Source: a virus
Lineage: Duplodnaviria > Heunggongvirae > Uroviricota > Caudoviricetes > Crassvirales
IMG/VR virus record: IMGVR_UViG_3300012956_000013
DNA length: 64,000 nt
Strand: one strand, 5' to 3'
Shown one piece after another: positions 47,797 to 58,569 of this stretch (position 1 is the first letter of the stretch; every line of letters begins with the position of its first letter). Under the pieces are notes generated by a model. That model did not search any database. It had not been told where the DNA came from and saw only the letters and a program-made list of their open reading frames with translations. A program made the position numbers and the translations under genes.

Positions 47797-48824
47797 TTAG
47801 CTTCAACGAGGTCTCTGAGTTTCTCATAGTCCACATTGAATTTAGGTTTCATTAGATTTGTAACAGCTTCCTGTACTGTATTTCCAAGAATTGTTCCATC
47901 TGACGTAACGTACTTCTTCTCTCTTTGATTGATGTAATTGAAGTACTCACCTGCCTTCACATATGCTTCTGTATAAAGAAGATTTCTCGTTTGAGGTGAC
48001 TTCCATTTAGTAGCATACTCAAGGAATGTCTTTGGACAATTCTTTTTCCTCTTTGTCTGAAGCTTACCATCAATATACTTTATATGATAATTGATAAGGT
48101 CTTTTTCAGATGTAGAGTGATTATATGCACCAAATGCATTAGTATCATACTGAATACACCAAGCTAATATATAAAGAGCATCCTTTCCAAACTCTTTTCT
48201 TACCTCTCCTAATGCAGCATGTGCATCAGAGCGTGTTATATCTTCCTCATCATCCATTGAAGAGTTCTCTATCTCAAGAACTACATAATGTGGGATTTGG
48301 AATCTTTCTGCCCAGTCTTTTGTTGGTGCCACCAATTCAGAGAATGCACCACCGATTATAGAAAGATACAGTAATGCATGGGCTGGATTTTCTGTATCGT
48401 AATATGTATCCACATTTTCATTAGTAATATATAACTTACTAATATCTCTGTTTCTTTTCCAGAAGGAAGCATTTTGTGGATTGATTACACTAGCTCCTCC
48501 ATAAAGTCTCTCGATAACAGGTTTTAGATTCTTGATTGTCTCTTTAACTACTTCCTGCTCATCTTTTGTATACCATTTGTAGAATTCTACTTGGTCTTCT
48601 TCTAATCCTGTAGTAAAGGTCCATTTTGTAGGGTTACCTTTATCATCCATTTCAATAGTACGAGCAGTTCTCTCACAATTTCTTGAGAAGGGTTCACTTG
48701 TTCCTGTGTATCTTATAAATGAGTCACCTTCTTTTACAGCCTTTGATGCTGTGTTTTTAATAGCAAAACGTATAGACATATATGTTGGTTTTATAAGAAT
48801 TAGTTGGTTATCCAGCACCGCCAT
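47784..48824 (-). CDS. Hypothetical structural protein (346 aa)
   Basis: ORF. The start atggcggtgctgg lies in a GC-rich structured leader. Confidence 0.65.
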   Translation of the reverse strand: MAVLDNQLILIKPTYMSIRFAIKNTASKAVKEGDSFIRYTGTSEPFSRNCERTARTIEMDDKGNPTKWTFTTGLEEDQVEFYKWYTKDEQEVVKETIKNLKPVIERLYGGASVINPQNASFWKRNRDISKLYITNENVDTYYDTENPAHALLYLSIIGGAFSELVAPTKDWAERFQIPHYVVLEIENSSMDDEEDITRSDAHAALGEVRKEFGKDALYILAWCIQYDTNAFGAYNHSTSEKDLINYHIKYIDGKLQTKRKKNCPKTFLEYATKWKSPQTRNLLYTEAYVKAGEYFNYINQREKKYVTSDGTILGNTVQEAVTNLMKPKFNVDYEKLRDLVEAKWKE

Positions 48825-48933
48825 CGTGGAGGCTTCTTCTTGGTGCCAAGGAGTCTTACGGGACTCCCTCTTTATATTCGGTTACTTTTTGCAACCACCT
48901 TTTTTCTTTGCCATATCTATTAATTTTTTTAGA

Positions 48934-50637
48934 TTATAGAGCTGCTATACCAGTTCTTGGGTTCTTAGGTACAAGTTTAAGTAACTTAGTTGGGTCTTTT
49001 ACAATTGCTGTATCAGCCTTACTTACGAACTTAACTTGATATCCACTTAACTCATCAGAAGCCTGAGAAACTGAGATATTCATACCATTCACATTTGTAG
49101 TAGAACGAAGAAGTGGGTGAGTATTATCTCCAGCCTCAACAATCATTCTCATTTTATGTCCATTTCTACGGATGATAGCAATGTTATCACGAGAAGTATT
49201 GTAGTCTTCAATCAACATTGTATATGAAGAAAGACGGTAACCACCGGGAAGAATTGGGTTAACAAACTCATCAGCTTTCACTGGGTCAAATCCGGGCTCC
49301 CATTCTACTGAAAGATATCCAATGTTAGGAATCTGATACTTAGTGAACCTTGCAGCATTGTATGTAAGGTTAGCAGCATTAGTACCTGTGATAAATCCAA
49401 ACTCAGCATTTTGAAGTTGTGCAGGAATTGAGAATCCGCTTCTCATAAATGCTTTGTATATTAATTCAGAACCACCACGACCTGTACGGATAACATATAC
49501 ATTATTAGAGATAGACTCTCTTAAAGGTACTTTACCTGCCTCAAAATCTTTGATAGCATCAGTAAGAGTATCCAATGTAAATGTATCAATTGAGTAGCTG
49601 TGTTTGTAACCTGCCAAATCAAGCTGGAACCATACTCCGGGTACAAGACGCTGAGTATCATATCCATCTTTCAAGATGTCAACTTGGTCACTCCAAATCA
49701 TCAAATCATTATTTTGCTTCTGCATCATGTTGATTGCAACAGAGTCAAGTAAATTAACCATTGCTGCCTCACCATTACCTTTAGCTTTTTCTTCCATAAG
49801 TCTCTCAAAATAGAGCTTATAGCTTTCAGGATTTCTAAGGTCAATAACCTTATTATCAGCAATACCACGAATTTGGTAGAACTGAAGAACTGTTTGCTCC
49901 ATCATTTGAATCTGCTTAGGGTCAATTCTTGTGTGTGTTTGTAGATACTCGCACGCACCAGAAGTAACACGATAAGACTGCTGAAGCATTATGTTTGATA
50001 AATAGTTCTTATATTTAGCAAGAGAAGGAACTCCTGATATGCTCCAAACTGATTTGTTCGAAGAGAAGTCAAGACCTCTTGTATCAGCAAGTTTTATAAT
50101 CTGACGCTGAGGTTGAAATTCTGCTTTGGTAACATATTTAACCTGAGAGTTAGTATTAAGAACTGCCCATACTTTAAAATGCTCACCTAACTGCTCAATC
50201 GGACGGTCAACAACTGTGAACGAAATACGAGAAGTTAAGTCAAACTTAAAGATGGAACCACCAGATAATCCTCTGCAGGAAACTACGAATGGAATTTCCT
50301 CACCGTCCATTCCTTGTTTATCCTTATCCAGACCAGCAGAAACAAGACGCATTGTCGAGTCTGCAGCAGATGGTAGCTCAAAGGTATAGTACTCAGCATC
50401 TGTATAGATAACTTGAGCATTGTCTATGGCCATCGTTAATAATGGAGAATCAGTTCTCTGTCTTAATGCCCATAAGTCCAGTACGCCAAAATCAAGTGGC
50501 TTTTCTGGAGCAAGAGCTGTTACGTAAGGGATATCAACATGATTTTTGATACCTAATGAACGGGCTTGTCCGATAAATATACCGGGATGACCTAAAGTCC
50601 CTAAGCCTTGTCTATTATCTGTTCCGGGGATAAACAT
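48934..50637 (-). CDS. Major capsid protein candidate (567 aa)
   Basis: Position after the portal and the acidic scaffold-like gene, and size. No diagnostic motif visible by eye. Confidence 0.45.
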   Translation of the reverse strand: MFIPGTDNRQGLGTLGHPGIFIGQARSLGIKNHVDIPYVTALAPEKPLDFGVLDLWALRQRTDSPLLTMAIDNAQVIYTDAEYYTFELPSAADSTMRLVSAGLDKDKQGMDGEEIPFVVSCRGLSGGSIFKFDLTSRISFTVVDRPIEQLGEHFKVWAVLNTNSQVKYVTKAEFQPQRQIIKLADTRGLDFSSNKSVWSISGVPSLAKYKNYLSNIMLQQSYRVTSGACEYLQTHTRIDPKQIQMMEQTVLQFYQIRGIADNKVIDLRNPESYKLYFERLMEEKAKGNGEAAMVNLLDSVAINMMQKQNNDLMIWSDQVDILKDGYDTQRLVPGVWFQLDLAGYKHSYSIDTFTLDTLTDAIKDFEAGKVPLRESISNNVYVIRTGRGGSELIYKAFMRSGFSIPAQLQNAEFGFITGTNAANLTYNAARFTKYQIPNIGYLSVEWEPGFDPVKADEFVNPILPGGYRLSSYTMLIEDYNTSRDNIAIIRRNGHKMRMIVEAGDNTHPLLRSTTNVNGMNISVSQASDELSGYQVKFVSKADTAIVKDPTKLLKLVPKNPRTGIAAL

Positions 50638-50664
50638 ATGTGTAAATTTAATTTTATTTTATTT

Positions 50665-51852
50665 TTACCTACCAAATGTAGGTTTTGTTTTATATTGGTT
50701 TCTTTGGATAGGTCTTGATTCTTCATCATAATCTTTGCCTGATGATGTCCTTGACTCTCCTGCTAACCTTAGCTTTTTCTCAAGAGATGCTGCTGTTTGG
50801 TTAGCTACATTTGCACCAAGATAATTATAGAAGGATTCATTCTTTCCTAGTAATAAGGCCACTTCTTTTAGTGTCTTAAAATCCTTCTTCTCAAAAAGAT
50901 TATCAATTGCTGAGTAGATTCCATAACCTTGGGTCTGTTCTGATGGCTCACCAATTAAATCATAAATGATTGCCTTCTCCTCTTGCTTCAACTTTGTCTT
51001 ACCAAAGATTGGCTTCTCTAACTCTTGGATGGCAGATTCTCTTATTTCAGATATAATCTGCTGATATCTTCTCTCAGATTCTTGCTTCTCCTTCATCTCT
51101 ACTGCAAGTCTTTGTTGTTCTTGCTGAATGATGATAGGTTTATACTGCTTTGCAGTTGATATAAGCTTATCAGTTGTTTTAAGTGCTTCGATTTGTTGCT
51201 CGACTAATTCCTCAGGGTCTCCTCTCTGTGATAGTCTATTTCTTACTATCATTTCAGCTCCCTCTATCTCATTCTCATCAATATTTGATACTGACTGAAG
51301 ATTATGTACTCCTTGTATAAAAGGAATAAGTTGGGAAGGGTCATCTACGAGCTCTGCATATTGACTAACTACTTTCCATGCAGGAGATTTACTCTCATAC
51401 CAAGACTTCTCCATTTCTTTCTTTGCTTGGTCAAGTCTATAGTTAATTTGAAGTTCAAAAACCTCATCAACTTCCTCAGGAGTTTTTGGGATAAAAGGAA
51501 CTTTATTTCCTTCTGCATCCTCTTCTTCTACTGCTATGAATTTTCCAGATTTTACTCTTTCCTGAAAGTAGGAAGATAAATCCTTCATTTCAGCTGGTAG
51601 TTGTCTTTCTGGTTTATTGAGGATATCAACCTCACTATTCTCATCTACTTTACCTTCTATTTTCTCTTTTTCTTCCACATTAGTCTCAGGAGGTAGAGTT
51701 GTTTGCTCAGTAATTGATGGACTTAGAATATCCACCTGATTTTCAACCATATTAAAGGTTGGCTTACTCAGTAAGTCTGTGTTACTTCCTCCTAGTGAAG
51801 GGAATAAGTCAACCAGTGAATTCTGGTCAACAGTTTGTACATTTGTATCCAT
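50665..51852 (-). CDS. Scaffolding-like acidic coiled-coil protein (395 aa)
   Basis: Highly acidic, helical/coiled-coil composition. Lies between the portal and capsid-candidate genes. Confidence 0.45.
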   Translation of the reverse strand: MDTNVQTVDQNSLVDLFPSLGGSNTDLLSKPTFNMVENQVDILSPSITEQTTLPPETNVEEKEKIEGKVDENSEVDILNKPERQLPAEMKDLSSYFQERVKSGKFIAVEEEDAEGNKVPFIPKTPEEVDEVFELQINYRLDQAKKEMEKSWYESKSPAWKVVSQYAELVDDPSQLIPFIQGVHNLQSVSNIDENEIEGAEMIVRNRLSQRGDPEELVEQQIEALKTTDKLISTAKQYKPIIIQQEQQRLAVEMKEKQESERRYQQIISEIRESAIQELEKPIFGKTKLKQEEKAIIYDLIGEPSEQTQGYGIYSAIDNLFEKKDFKTLKEVALLLGKNESFYNYLGANVANQTAASLEKKLRLAGESRTSSGKDYDEESRPIQRNQYKTKPTFGR

Positions 51853-51957
51853 GTTGTTGGTTTTTAGACTTCTATAAATTGATTATAAACATTTTAAATT
51901 AATTTTCCAAATAATTGTCAATATAGCTAAATATAAGTAGCTAATAACTGACTAATT

Positions 51958-54753
51958 TTATTTCTTCTTTTTCTTAGCTGCTGCTTTTTTCTTTAGCTCT
52001 GCTGCAGTTTTATTTTCCTTTGCAACGGCTAAAGCTGCATCTGCCTGAATCTTAGCTTTCTGTAATTCTATAAGATTTCTCTCTCTATCTACTAAAAGCT
52101 TATCTCTGTCAGATTGACGCTTTTGACTAAGACTATCTTCTGCAGCTCTTCTGCTATTTTCCATCTCCTGCATTCTGATATGGTTTTGTAGATTTTCCTG
52201 AGCGTCAGGTATTGTGTTTGCGTTATTATCAGACTGTAATCCACCAAGAGCTCTGATATACGCAATATCAATATCCTTCTGACGGTCTGCTTCATTTTGA
52301 GCTGCCTCGAATTCTAACTTAGCTGCCTCTATCTCCTGACTAGCTGCAATTTGTTGTTGCTGTAGTGCTTGTTCATGTTCCATCTGTTCCTTCTCTCTTT
52401 GCTCTGCCTCTAATTCTCCCTTCTGTATAAGATTCAATAACTTAGGAACAGACTCTTCTACCAATGCATTTATTTGAGCAGACGATTTTATATCAAGTGT
52501 GTTGTTATTCTGAAGGAAGTTCGTAATGATATTTAAGGCATTTCTAACATTTGCCTTACTTTTTAGATTTATATTATAGTGCGGTAATAGATTATCCATT
52601 GCCTCTATCTCAAGAAACACATTCTCATCCTTCTCATTCATATATACAGCTCTCGTTGTATCCTGAAAAGTTGTATAGTATTGTGCAGCATCTAACATTC
52701 TCTGTCTAACTCTCTGCATTAAATTGGCATGCTGGTCGAAGTATTTCTCAGTCTGTGCCTCAGAATAACTGATAGCCTGATTTATACCTGTAGCAGTCTC
52801 TGATGCCTTATTCTGACCTAACCTTTGTCTAGTTATACCTATCAACTCACCTGCTTCCCACTTAATCTCTTGTCCTAACCTAAAGTAAAGCTGTGCTTCC
52901 TGAACTGTGGACAATTGAAGAATTTGAGGTAATGCTGGTTGTCCTGCTCCCTCTAATGCGTCTCTTGATACACTATATGCAAGAATATCAGATTCTCTAA
53001 GTGACTCTTCATATGCATCCATTGGGTCAACGGATTGCGTACTATTTGATAAGTTATTTGTAGAAGCTATTCTTCTATCTATAACTACCTTGTTTCCATA
53101 GTCCTTTAGGAATTTCTTAGGAACCTTATTCATACAGATATTATAAATAATCTGTAAAGGCTTAATCCTATCCATAAAGGAGTGACTATCTGTATTTATA
53201 TAAGAGTACTCACATCCTTCTACTGGTGGTAAACTATCGAATGGATTAGTTCTTCCTTTAAATTGAAACTTAACGGGACCTCCATCAATATATATTGACT
53301 CTAAAGAATTTCTATCCTGTAACCAGAAGGTATGTTTTTGGTTAGGGGAAATTTTCATGATATGTCTCCACTCCGGAACCCATGTCCAGTCTATGTGTTC
53401 CCCATATAAAAGATTGTCTTTTGATTCCTCCTTTACAACAGATTTATCATAGACAGGTTCTATAGTAACTTTGTAGTTCTCATCTATCCAATCTGGCTGC
53501 TCTATTGTGCCATCTTTATTAATTTTAGTAAGCCATCCTATTCTTTTAAGAGACCTCCAGTAAAGACGCATAACTCTGAACATTTGTGGATGACCTGTGA
53601 TTCTTCTACCCCAAACAGGATTAAGAATATCAACCTCCATATTATGGTCAAAGTTAGGAGAACGCATAAAGTTATATGCTAACTCTTTTCCTAACATTGC
53701 ATCATTCATCTTTGGGTCTAACTCTGTTGCCTGTAACCAAGGCTTAGATAAATCATAATATGAACCCTGATGATTTTTTAGGTAATCAGGAACTATTATA
53801 TTCTGAGTCTTTACATAAATATCCTTTAGCTTCAGGATATCTTCTTCCTTCATTCTTCTGCCAAACTTATTAACAATATCCCCAGCAGACATGAAATCAA
53901 ACCATAAAAAATAATCTCCATCACTGACATATTTTACATTTGGACCTTTATGGTAATCACACCATTTTGGGTTAAGTAACTCTAAACGAAAATCATCATC
54001 CATTAAATCAAGATGCCAGAATTCTCTATCAGATATCAGTCCTGATTCAAATCCATCTGGTTCAACTTCATATAGATTATATCTGGTTTCCTGAATCTTT
54101 AATACCTTTTCTGCCCATTTTACACCTGTTGTTCTGAAACCTCTTGATTGCATTTCTATATTCTCTAACTGAGACATGAACTGCTGCATTTGACCTTCAT
54201 ATTCTTCCGGATTAACTTCTTCTGTAATCCCCATCTCGGCAAGAGCCATTTGCTTATCCATAGCAGCTTGCATCATCACAATCTGCTCGAATTGCTCTTT
54301 CTTAAAGTTAAATACCTCAGCTGTAGATTGTGGGTCAATTGCTTCAACTGACCATGTATTATTTCTCTTTATAAATTCACCACGAAGTACATCTATAAAA
54401 TTAGGAGCAAGTGCGTAAAATTGTTCAAGTGGAGATTGTGATTCAGGAGGCATTACCCATCCAACTGCCTGATAGTAATCATTCATGGATGGATTAATTA
54501 TATAATCTGAAGGATTTAGCTTTCCATATCTCATCCAGTAATTACGCTGGATTTTAGGAGCCTTTTTTTCTACATTATTCCAACCTGCAGTTTCATAATA
54601 ATCTGCAACAGCCTTTACCCAGTCTTCAGTTTTCTGGTCCAGAGTAAGCATCTGGAAAGGTAGGATATCATCGATGGCTCCATTTAGAAGAGTATTCTTA
54701 TCTAACTTAAAGCCTTTATAGAGGTCTGAGCCCCATATTAATTTATTTGCCAT
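51958..54753 (-). CDS. Portal protein candidate (931 aa) with a charged coiled-coil C-terminal tail
   Basis: Immediately downstream of the terminase-like gene (3-nt gap). Size and the C-terminal EQREKEQMEHEQALQQQQ...KKKKK tail are typical of large podovirus portals. Confidence 0.5.
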   Translation of the reverse strand: MANKLIWGSDLYKGFKLDKNTLLNGAIDDILPFQMLTLDQKTEDWVKAVADYYETAGWNNVEKKAPKIQRNYWMRYGKLNPSDYIINPSMNDYYQAVGWVMPPESQSPLEQFYALAPNFIDVLRGEFIKRNNTWSVEAIDPQSTAEVFNFKKEQFEQIVMMQAAMDKQMALAEMGITEEVNPEEYEGQMQQFMSQLENIEMQSRGFRTTGVKWAEKVLKIQETRYNLYEVEPDGFESGLISDREFWHLDLMDDDFRLELLNPKWCDYHKGPNVKYVSDGDYFLWFDFMSAGDIVNKFGRRMKEEDILKLKDIYVKTQNIIVPDYLKNHQGSYYDLSKPWLQATELDPKMNDAMLGKELAYNFMRSPNFDHNMEVDILNPVWGRRITGHPQMFRVMRLYWRSLKRIGWLTKINKDGTIEQPDWIDENYKVTIEPVYDKSVVKEESKDNLLYGEHIDWTWVPEWRHIMKISPNQKHTFWLQDRNSLESIYIDGGPVKFQFKGRTNPFDSLPPVEGCEYSYINTDSHSFMDRIKPLQIIYNICMNKVPKKFLKDYGNKVVIDRRIASTNNLSNSTQSVDPMDAYEESLRESDILAYSVSRDALEGAGQPALPQILQLSTVQEAQLYFRLGQEIKWEAGELIGITRQRLGQNKASETATGINQAISYSEAQTEKYFDQHANLMQRVRQRMLDAAQYYTTFQDTTRAVYMNEKDENVFLEIEAMDNLLPHYNINLKSKANVRNALNIITNFLQNNNTLDIKSSAQINALVEESVPKLLNLIQKGELEAEQREKEQMEHEQALQQQQIAASQEIEAAKLEFEAAQNEADRQKDIDIAYIRALGGLQSDNNANTIPDAQENLQNHIRMQEMENSRRAAEDSLSQKRQSDRDKLLVDRERNLIELQKAKIQADAALAVAKENKTAAELKKKAAAKKKKK

Positions 54754-54755
54754 AA

Positions 54756-57035
54756 TTAAAGCATTGAGAAGGGTTTTCTGGGCTTGTTGGAGACGAAGGT
54801 TTTAGAACCTCCTCCAAGCATGTTTATAGATTTCTTTTGTGTATATTGTTGTTTTGGTTCCTCTACTATTTCAGATTTTCTGTTAATAAATCTGTTTTGT
54901 TGATATATCTTACATATGAAGAGTGCTCCCATAAATGATACAAGTCGGTCATAGTTCCCTTTAGTTTTTCCTTTAACCTCAACATACCTGATAAATTCTT
55001 CAAGTAACCAGTAATCGTCTATCCTATCTATTCCCGTATATATCTTAAGAACTTCTTCCTGACCATTCTTCGTAAAGGTTGACCTACCAAACTCTGTATG
55101 AAAATACTCTTTTGCATATGCCTTAAAGTATTTCCATATTTCTGTATTATCTCCTTTATGGAATCCAAACTTTGAGTTATTAGCAATATTTCCAGACTTT
55201 ATATTAAGGTCTTTGAATATAGGAACATCACTCTCTTTTGCTAAATATTTCTCAGCTTTACCAATTTCTCTCATGTAATTAATAAAGTTAGGTTTATTTC
55301 TCTCCGCATATGTAAATGCATTATAGAGTCTTAGTCCTAACCAAATCTGCTGATTTGTCTCCTTTGCTGTCTTGAAACGACCTCTGTATGTTGCTACTAA
55401 CTTATCTCCCTCTAATCTTGTTTTTACTTTACCGTCCTTATCTTTATAGCTAACTTCAGTAGCTGTTCTAAAGATATCAACAGATGCTATAGATGAAGAT
55501 GTAGATGTTTCATCAACTTCGATGGCATCAACACAAGCAAAGTATGTAAAGAACCTAGCTGTCTCATCTGGTAACTCATATAGTGTCCAGACTCCTCTTT
55601 TATCCTCCCACTCAGGGTTAACTGGATATCCATGCTCTTGTGGAAGATTTCTTGTATTTAGGACAACCTTTCCATCTGATTCCTCGAATAGTCCTTTTTG
55701 TGGTTTGAATTCCCAGTTATTAGTTTGCTCCTTTAACTTAATTCTTTCTTGTTGCTTTTTGAGCAGAGCTACTGGAAACTCAGATACTGTTCTTTGGTCA
55801 AATGCCTGTTGAGGGGATGTACACTTTTGAGAAAGCTGAAGCTGTTTCAACTCAGCTCTCTTTGTAGAGGAACGTATCTTCTCCTCCACTCTGGCTATCC
55901 ACTCCATTGCTAACTCTACATCAGAGTTACCGTTTTCATCCATGAACGGTCTACCTGTTACTTCATCCTTACCAAGCATATTGTATGCTTCTGATATAAA
56001 GATACAGCACGTTTCGTTCTCTGGCGTTATAACTTTATCCCATATATTCTTAACTCCGAGAAAATTATAATCTTCCGGATTATAGAAGATTGACTTCAAT
56101 CCCTCTGCGTCATCCAGCTCACCAACAGAACCACATGCTATGATAGTACCAGTAGTCTCAGAACCTCTCTCTAAGGCTGGACGTATAAACTCTATAGTTT
56201 CTAATAGAGTTGGGGCTACTCCCGGCTCTTCATAATTAAAGAAGGTTTGGGAACCACCCACGTCATTTGATGGAGATTGCTTAAATGTAACACCTGCCAG
56301 TTTAGAAGATAGTCCATAGGGATTATTATCTTTACCAACTGTTACTTCATGCCACTCAAGTGATTTAGGCAGAGTAGGACCTCTTTTCCAAGCTGTATTA
56401 GAATTGATATGTTTTCTATATCCCTCTAAGAATCTCCAGCTCTTTTTTACTAAATCCTCAGCAAAGGCACCTACAGTATTTACACCATTCTCAAACCAGC
56501 AATATGACCAATATAATATAGCCATATGTTTGTATGAGTAACCCTTCTGTCTACCTTTTACTCCACCAACGTGTTTACCTGTAAGAAGAGCTACCATTAC
56601 ATAATGCATGTACCATATATCTCCATCCCACACATCTGGTAGTCTTTTCCTTTTTAGTAAGGCATCATAGATTGGACAGAAATTCAAATACCAATAATAA
56701 AAGGGAGGTAAATACCAATCATCTATTATAACTCCATTTAATACTTTATCCCTTTCGTTTCTCCAATACTTCTTCCAAGCATGAGTTCCCTTTATTGCTT
56801 TGGTATAATAACCTCCCTCAAAGTTTGGCTTTCCGCTCTTTCTTGCTTCTTCTGCGTACTTGAGACCCTCTATCTGAAAGCTCTTTACGTTTCTTAACTT
56901 ATATTTGTCAGGTGACTCTTTAAACTGAGCTTTGACAAATACTGTAAACTCTGCATGGTCTGCAAAGTCTACGTAACTCCATTGTTGGTTCTCCGAGTTG
57001 TATTTTTGTATTCTTAATGGGTATTGCCAAAACAT
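54756..57035 (-). CDS. terL: Terminase large subunit candidate (759 aa)
   Basis: Degenerate P-loop-like GVKGRQKGYS in the N-terminal half, and acidic nuclease-like motifs (FACVDAIEVDETS) in the C-terminal half. Gene order terminase, portal, scaffold, capsid. Confidence 0.5.
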   Translation of the reverse strand: MFWQYPLRIQKYNSENQQWSYVDFADHAEFTVFVKAQFKESPDKYKLRNVKSFQIEGLKYAEEARKSGKPNFEGGYYTKAIKGTHAWKKYWRNERDKVLNGVIIDDWYLPPFYYWYLNFCPIYDALLKRKRLPDVWDGDIWYMHYVMVALLTGKHVGGVKGRQKGYSYKHMAILYWSYCWFENGVNTVGAFAEDLVKKSWRFLEGYRKHINSNTAWKRGPTLPKSLEWHEVTVGKDNNPYGLSSKLAGVTFKQSPSNDVGGSQTFFNYEEPGVAPTLLETIEFIRPALERGSETTGTIIACGSVGELDDAEGLKSIFYNPEDYNFLGVKNIWDKVITPENETCCIFISEAYNMLGKDEVTGRPFMDENGNSDVELAMEWIARVEEKIRSSTKRAELKQLQLSQKCTSPQQAFDQRTVSEFPVALLKKQQERIKLKEQTNNWEFKPQKGLFEESDGKVVLNTRNLPQEHGYPVNPEWEDKRGVWTLYELPDETARFFTYFACVDAIEVDETSTSSSIASVDIFRTATEVSYKDKDGKVKTRLEGDKLVATYRGRFKTAKETNQQIWLGLRLYNAFTYAERNKPNFINYMREIGKAEKYLAKESDVPIFKDLNIKSGNIANNSKFGFHKGDNTEIWKYFKAYAKEYFHTEFGRSTFTKNGQEEVLKIYTGIDRIDDYWLLEEFIRYVEVKGKTKGNYDRLVSFMGALFICKIYQQNRFINRKSEIVEEPKQQYTQKKSINMLGGGSKTFVSNKPRKPFSML

Positions 57036-57038
57036 TTA

Positions 57039-57551
57039 TTAGTATTCTCCTAATTCATTTCCACCCTTCATTTTAGGGCCTATCTCCTCATCTGCAATTT
57101 TTCTTATATTTGCAGCTGCCATAGATATTTTTTCTACCTTATCTATAAAGGCAAGACGGTCCTTCATGTTTCCGTCCATTCCTCCAATAAGAGGAGTATC
57201 TTTCAGATATCTTCTCCATCTGTGTAATTCCTCTTCCATTTCATCTGCAAGAAGGGTTTGTGGAGATTCCCATAAAGACCTTAATCTCTCTATAGCTGGA
57301 TTGATTAACTCATCTCCTTCATCAAAGTCACCAAGAGTTTCCTTGATATCAAATATAGCAGCCTCTGACCTATCCTCTTTCGGAATGTTCTTATATGGTG
57401 AATCTGGATAACTTAGTGCTGACACATAAGCTAAATAGGGTTCAGCCATATCATCATGTTTATCCAGAATTCTCTTCACTTCTGGTATAGTAAATGCTTC
57501 TGGTGTAACTTTTACGTGTCCGTCTTCGTATTCAAAGATTCTTGGTAGCAT
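57039..57551 (-). CDS. Acidic small protein (170 aa), possible terminase small subunit
   Basis: Directly upstream of the TerL candidate (3-nt gap). Support is position only. Confidence 0.3.
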   Translation of the reverse strand: MLPRIFEYEDGHVKVTPEAFTIPEVKRILDKHDDMAEPYLAYVSALSYPDSPYKNIPKEDRSEAAIFDIKETLGDFDEGDELINPAIERLRSLWESPQTLLADEMEEELHRWRRYLKDTPLIGGMDGNMKDRLAFIDKVEKISMAAANIRKIADEEIGPKMKGGNELGEY

Positions 57552-57772
57552 TTATTTTTATCTGTTGGTTTGTGTATGAGATTATATTCTTTTACTGAAA
57601 TATTAAAGTCAAAATCTACAAATATCCCATCATGGATATCAACTTTTGCATTCTCTACTAAGTCACTTATAATCTTAGCTGCCATCTCTCCACTAGGATG
57701 ATATTTATATATTGTTTCTTTTTCGAGCTTTTTATCCGGGACATTATGACTTATAAGAACAACTGTACTCAT
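57512..57772 (-). CDS. Hypothetical protein (86 aa)
   Basis: ORF. Confidence 0.45.
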   Translation of the reverse strand: MSTVVLISHNVPDKKLEKETIYKYHPSGEMAAKIISDLVENAKVDIHDGIFVDFDFNISVKEYNLIHKPTDKNKCYQESLNTKTDT

Positions 57773-58569
57773 ACTTTTACTTTTAGGGTTTCGAGCATAT
57801 CCATAACCTCCTTCTTTCTATAAGGAAGGTTTATCTGTTCAACCTTTTTAACAATCGGTTTGGCATCTTTAAGTATGGGAATTCCATCTTCATCTCTCTC
57901 AAGATGTACATGTTCAATAATAATATCACCAGTTCTGAGTGTTCCCCTATTTGCCTTCCATAAAAGATACATATATAATGACATCTTAATGGAATAAATA
58001 TTAGCATTACAGTCATCTAAATGGGCAAGTGGTCCTAATAACTTCTGAGGTTTTACCCACTGGCTAGAGAATGCTTTAAACTTTATCTCTGCATCAGTTT
58101 TATAATCCCATATATGAATCTTATTATTTGCAACAATAACTTTATCAGATTGTCCACAAATCATGTGCTCAAAATCATATATCATTAACTCAGGATATAC
58201 TGTGTTATTTTCTAATTTATTGATGGGTATTGACCATTTATCTGTACCGCTATACGAACATACTTTAGTAGAACATGGTATATTATAAAATATGGGATTT
58301 GCCAGCTGTAACAACTCTTCTTCTTTTATAGAATGAAATATTGTTCCTATCCTTGCTGATAAATCCCTCTTCTGTTCCCACTTGTTCAAGATGTCCTCGG
58401 TAGTAGTTGGTTCTCCTTGTTTACTTTTCTTTGCAGCTACCTTTTTTGCAACTGCTTTCCAATCAACTTTTGGCTTAAATTTTTCTGTAAATGCTGATAC
58501 AGAGATTAGCTCATTACCATCCTCTGTTAAATATTGGTGAGTATCCTCTATAAATTTAACCTTACTCAT
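57769..58569 (-). CDS. PD-(D/E)xK nuclease, RecB/Cas4/YqaJ-like (266 aa)
   Basis: N-terminal THQYLTEDGNELISVSAF and catalytic IHIWDYKTD (hhhDYKT motif III). Confidence 0.5.
   Translation of the reverse strand: MSKVKFIEDTHQYLTEDGNELISVSAFTEKFKPKVDWKAVAKKVAAKKSKQGEPTTTEDILNKWEQKRDLSARIGTIFHSIKEEELLQLANPIFYNIPCSTKVCSYSGTDKWSIPINKLENNTVYPELMIYDFEHMICGQSDKVIVANNKIHIWDYKTDAEIKFKAFSSQWVKPQKLLGPLAHLDDCNANIYSIKMSLYMYLLWKANRGTLRTGDIIIEHVHLERDEDGIPILKDAKPIVKKVEQINLPYRKKEVMDMLETLKVKV

Noticed and set aside
48900-48933. Micro-ORF MAKKKGGCKK (10 aa) in the minus-strand leader after the capsid-candidate gene
   Set aside because: Too short to support. Probably a chance ORF in a spacer.
51853-51957. Bacteroidota-type promoter (-33 TTTG / -7 TAnnTTTG) in the AT-rich spacer between the portal and scaffold-like genes
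   Set aside because: Only partial matches (TAtaTTTa, atTTGg) at non-canonical spacing. Cannot be supported without a position-weight-matrix scan.
54756-57035. Confident Walker A/B assignment for the terminase candidate
   Set aside because: GVKGRQKGYS only loosely resembles the phage TerL P-loop (the Lys of GK[ST] is replaced). The call rests mainly on gene order and size, so confidence is kept low.
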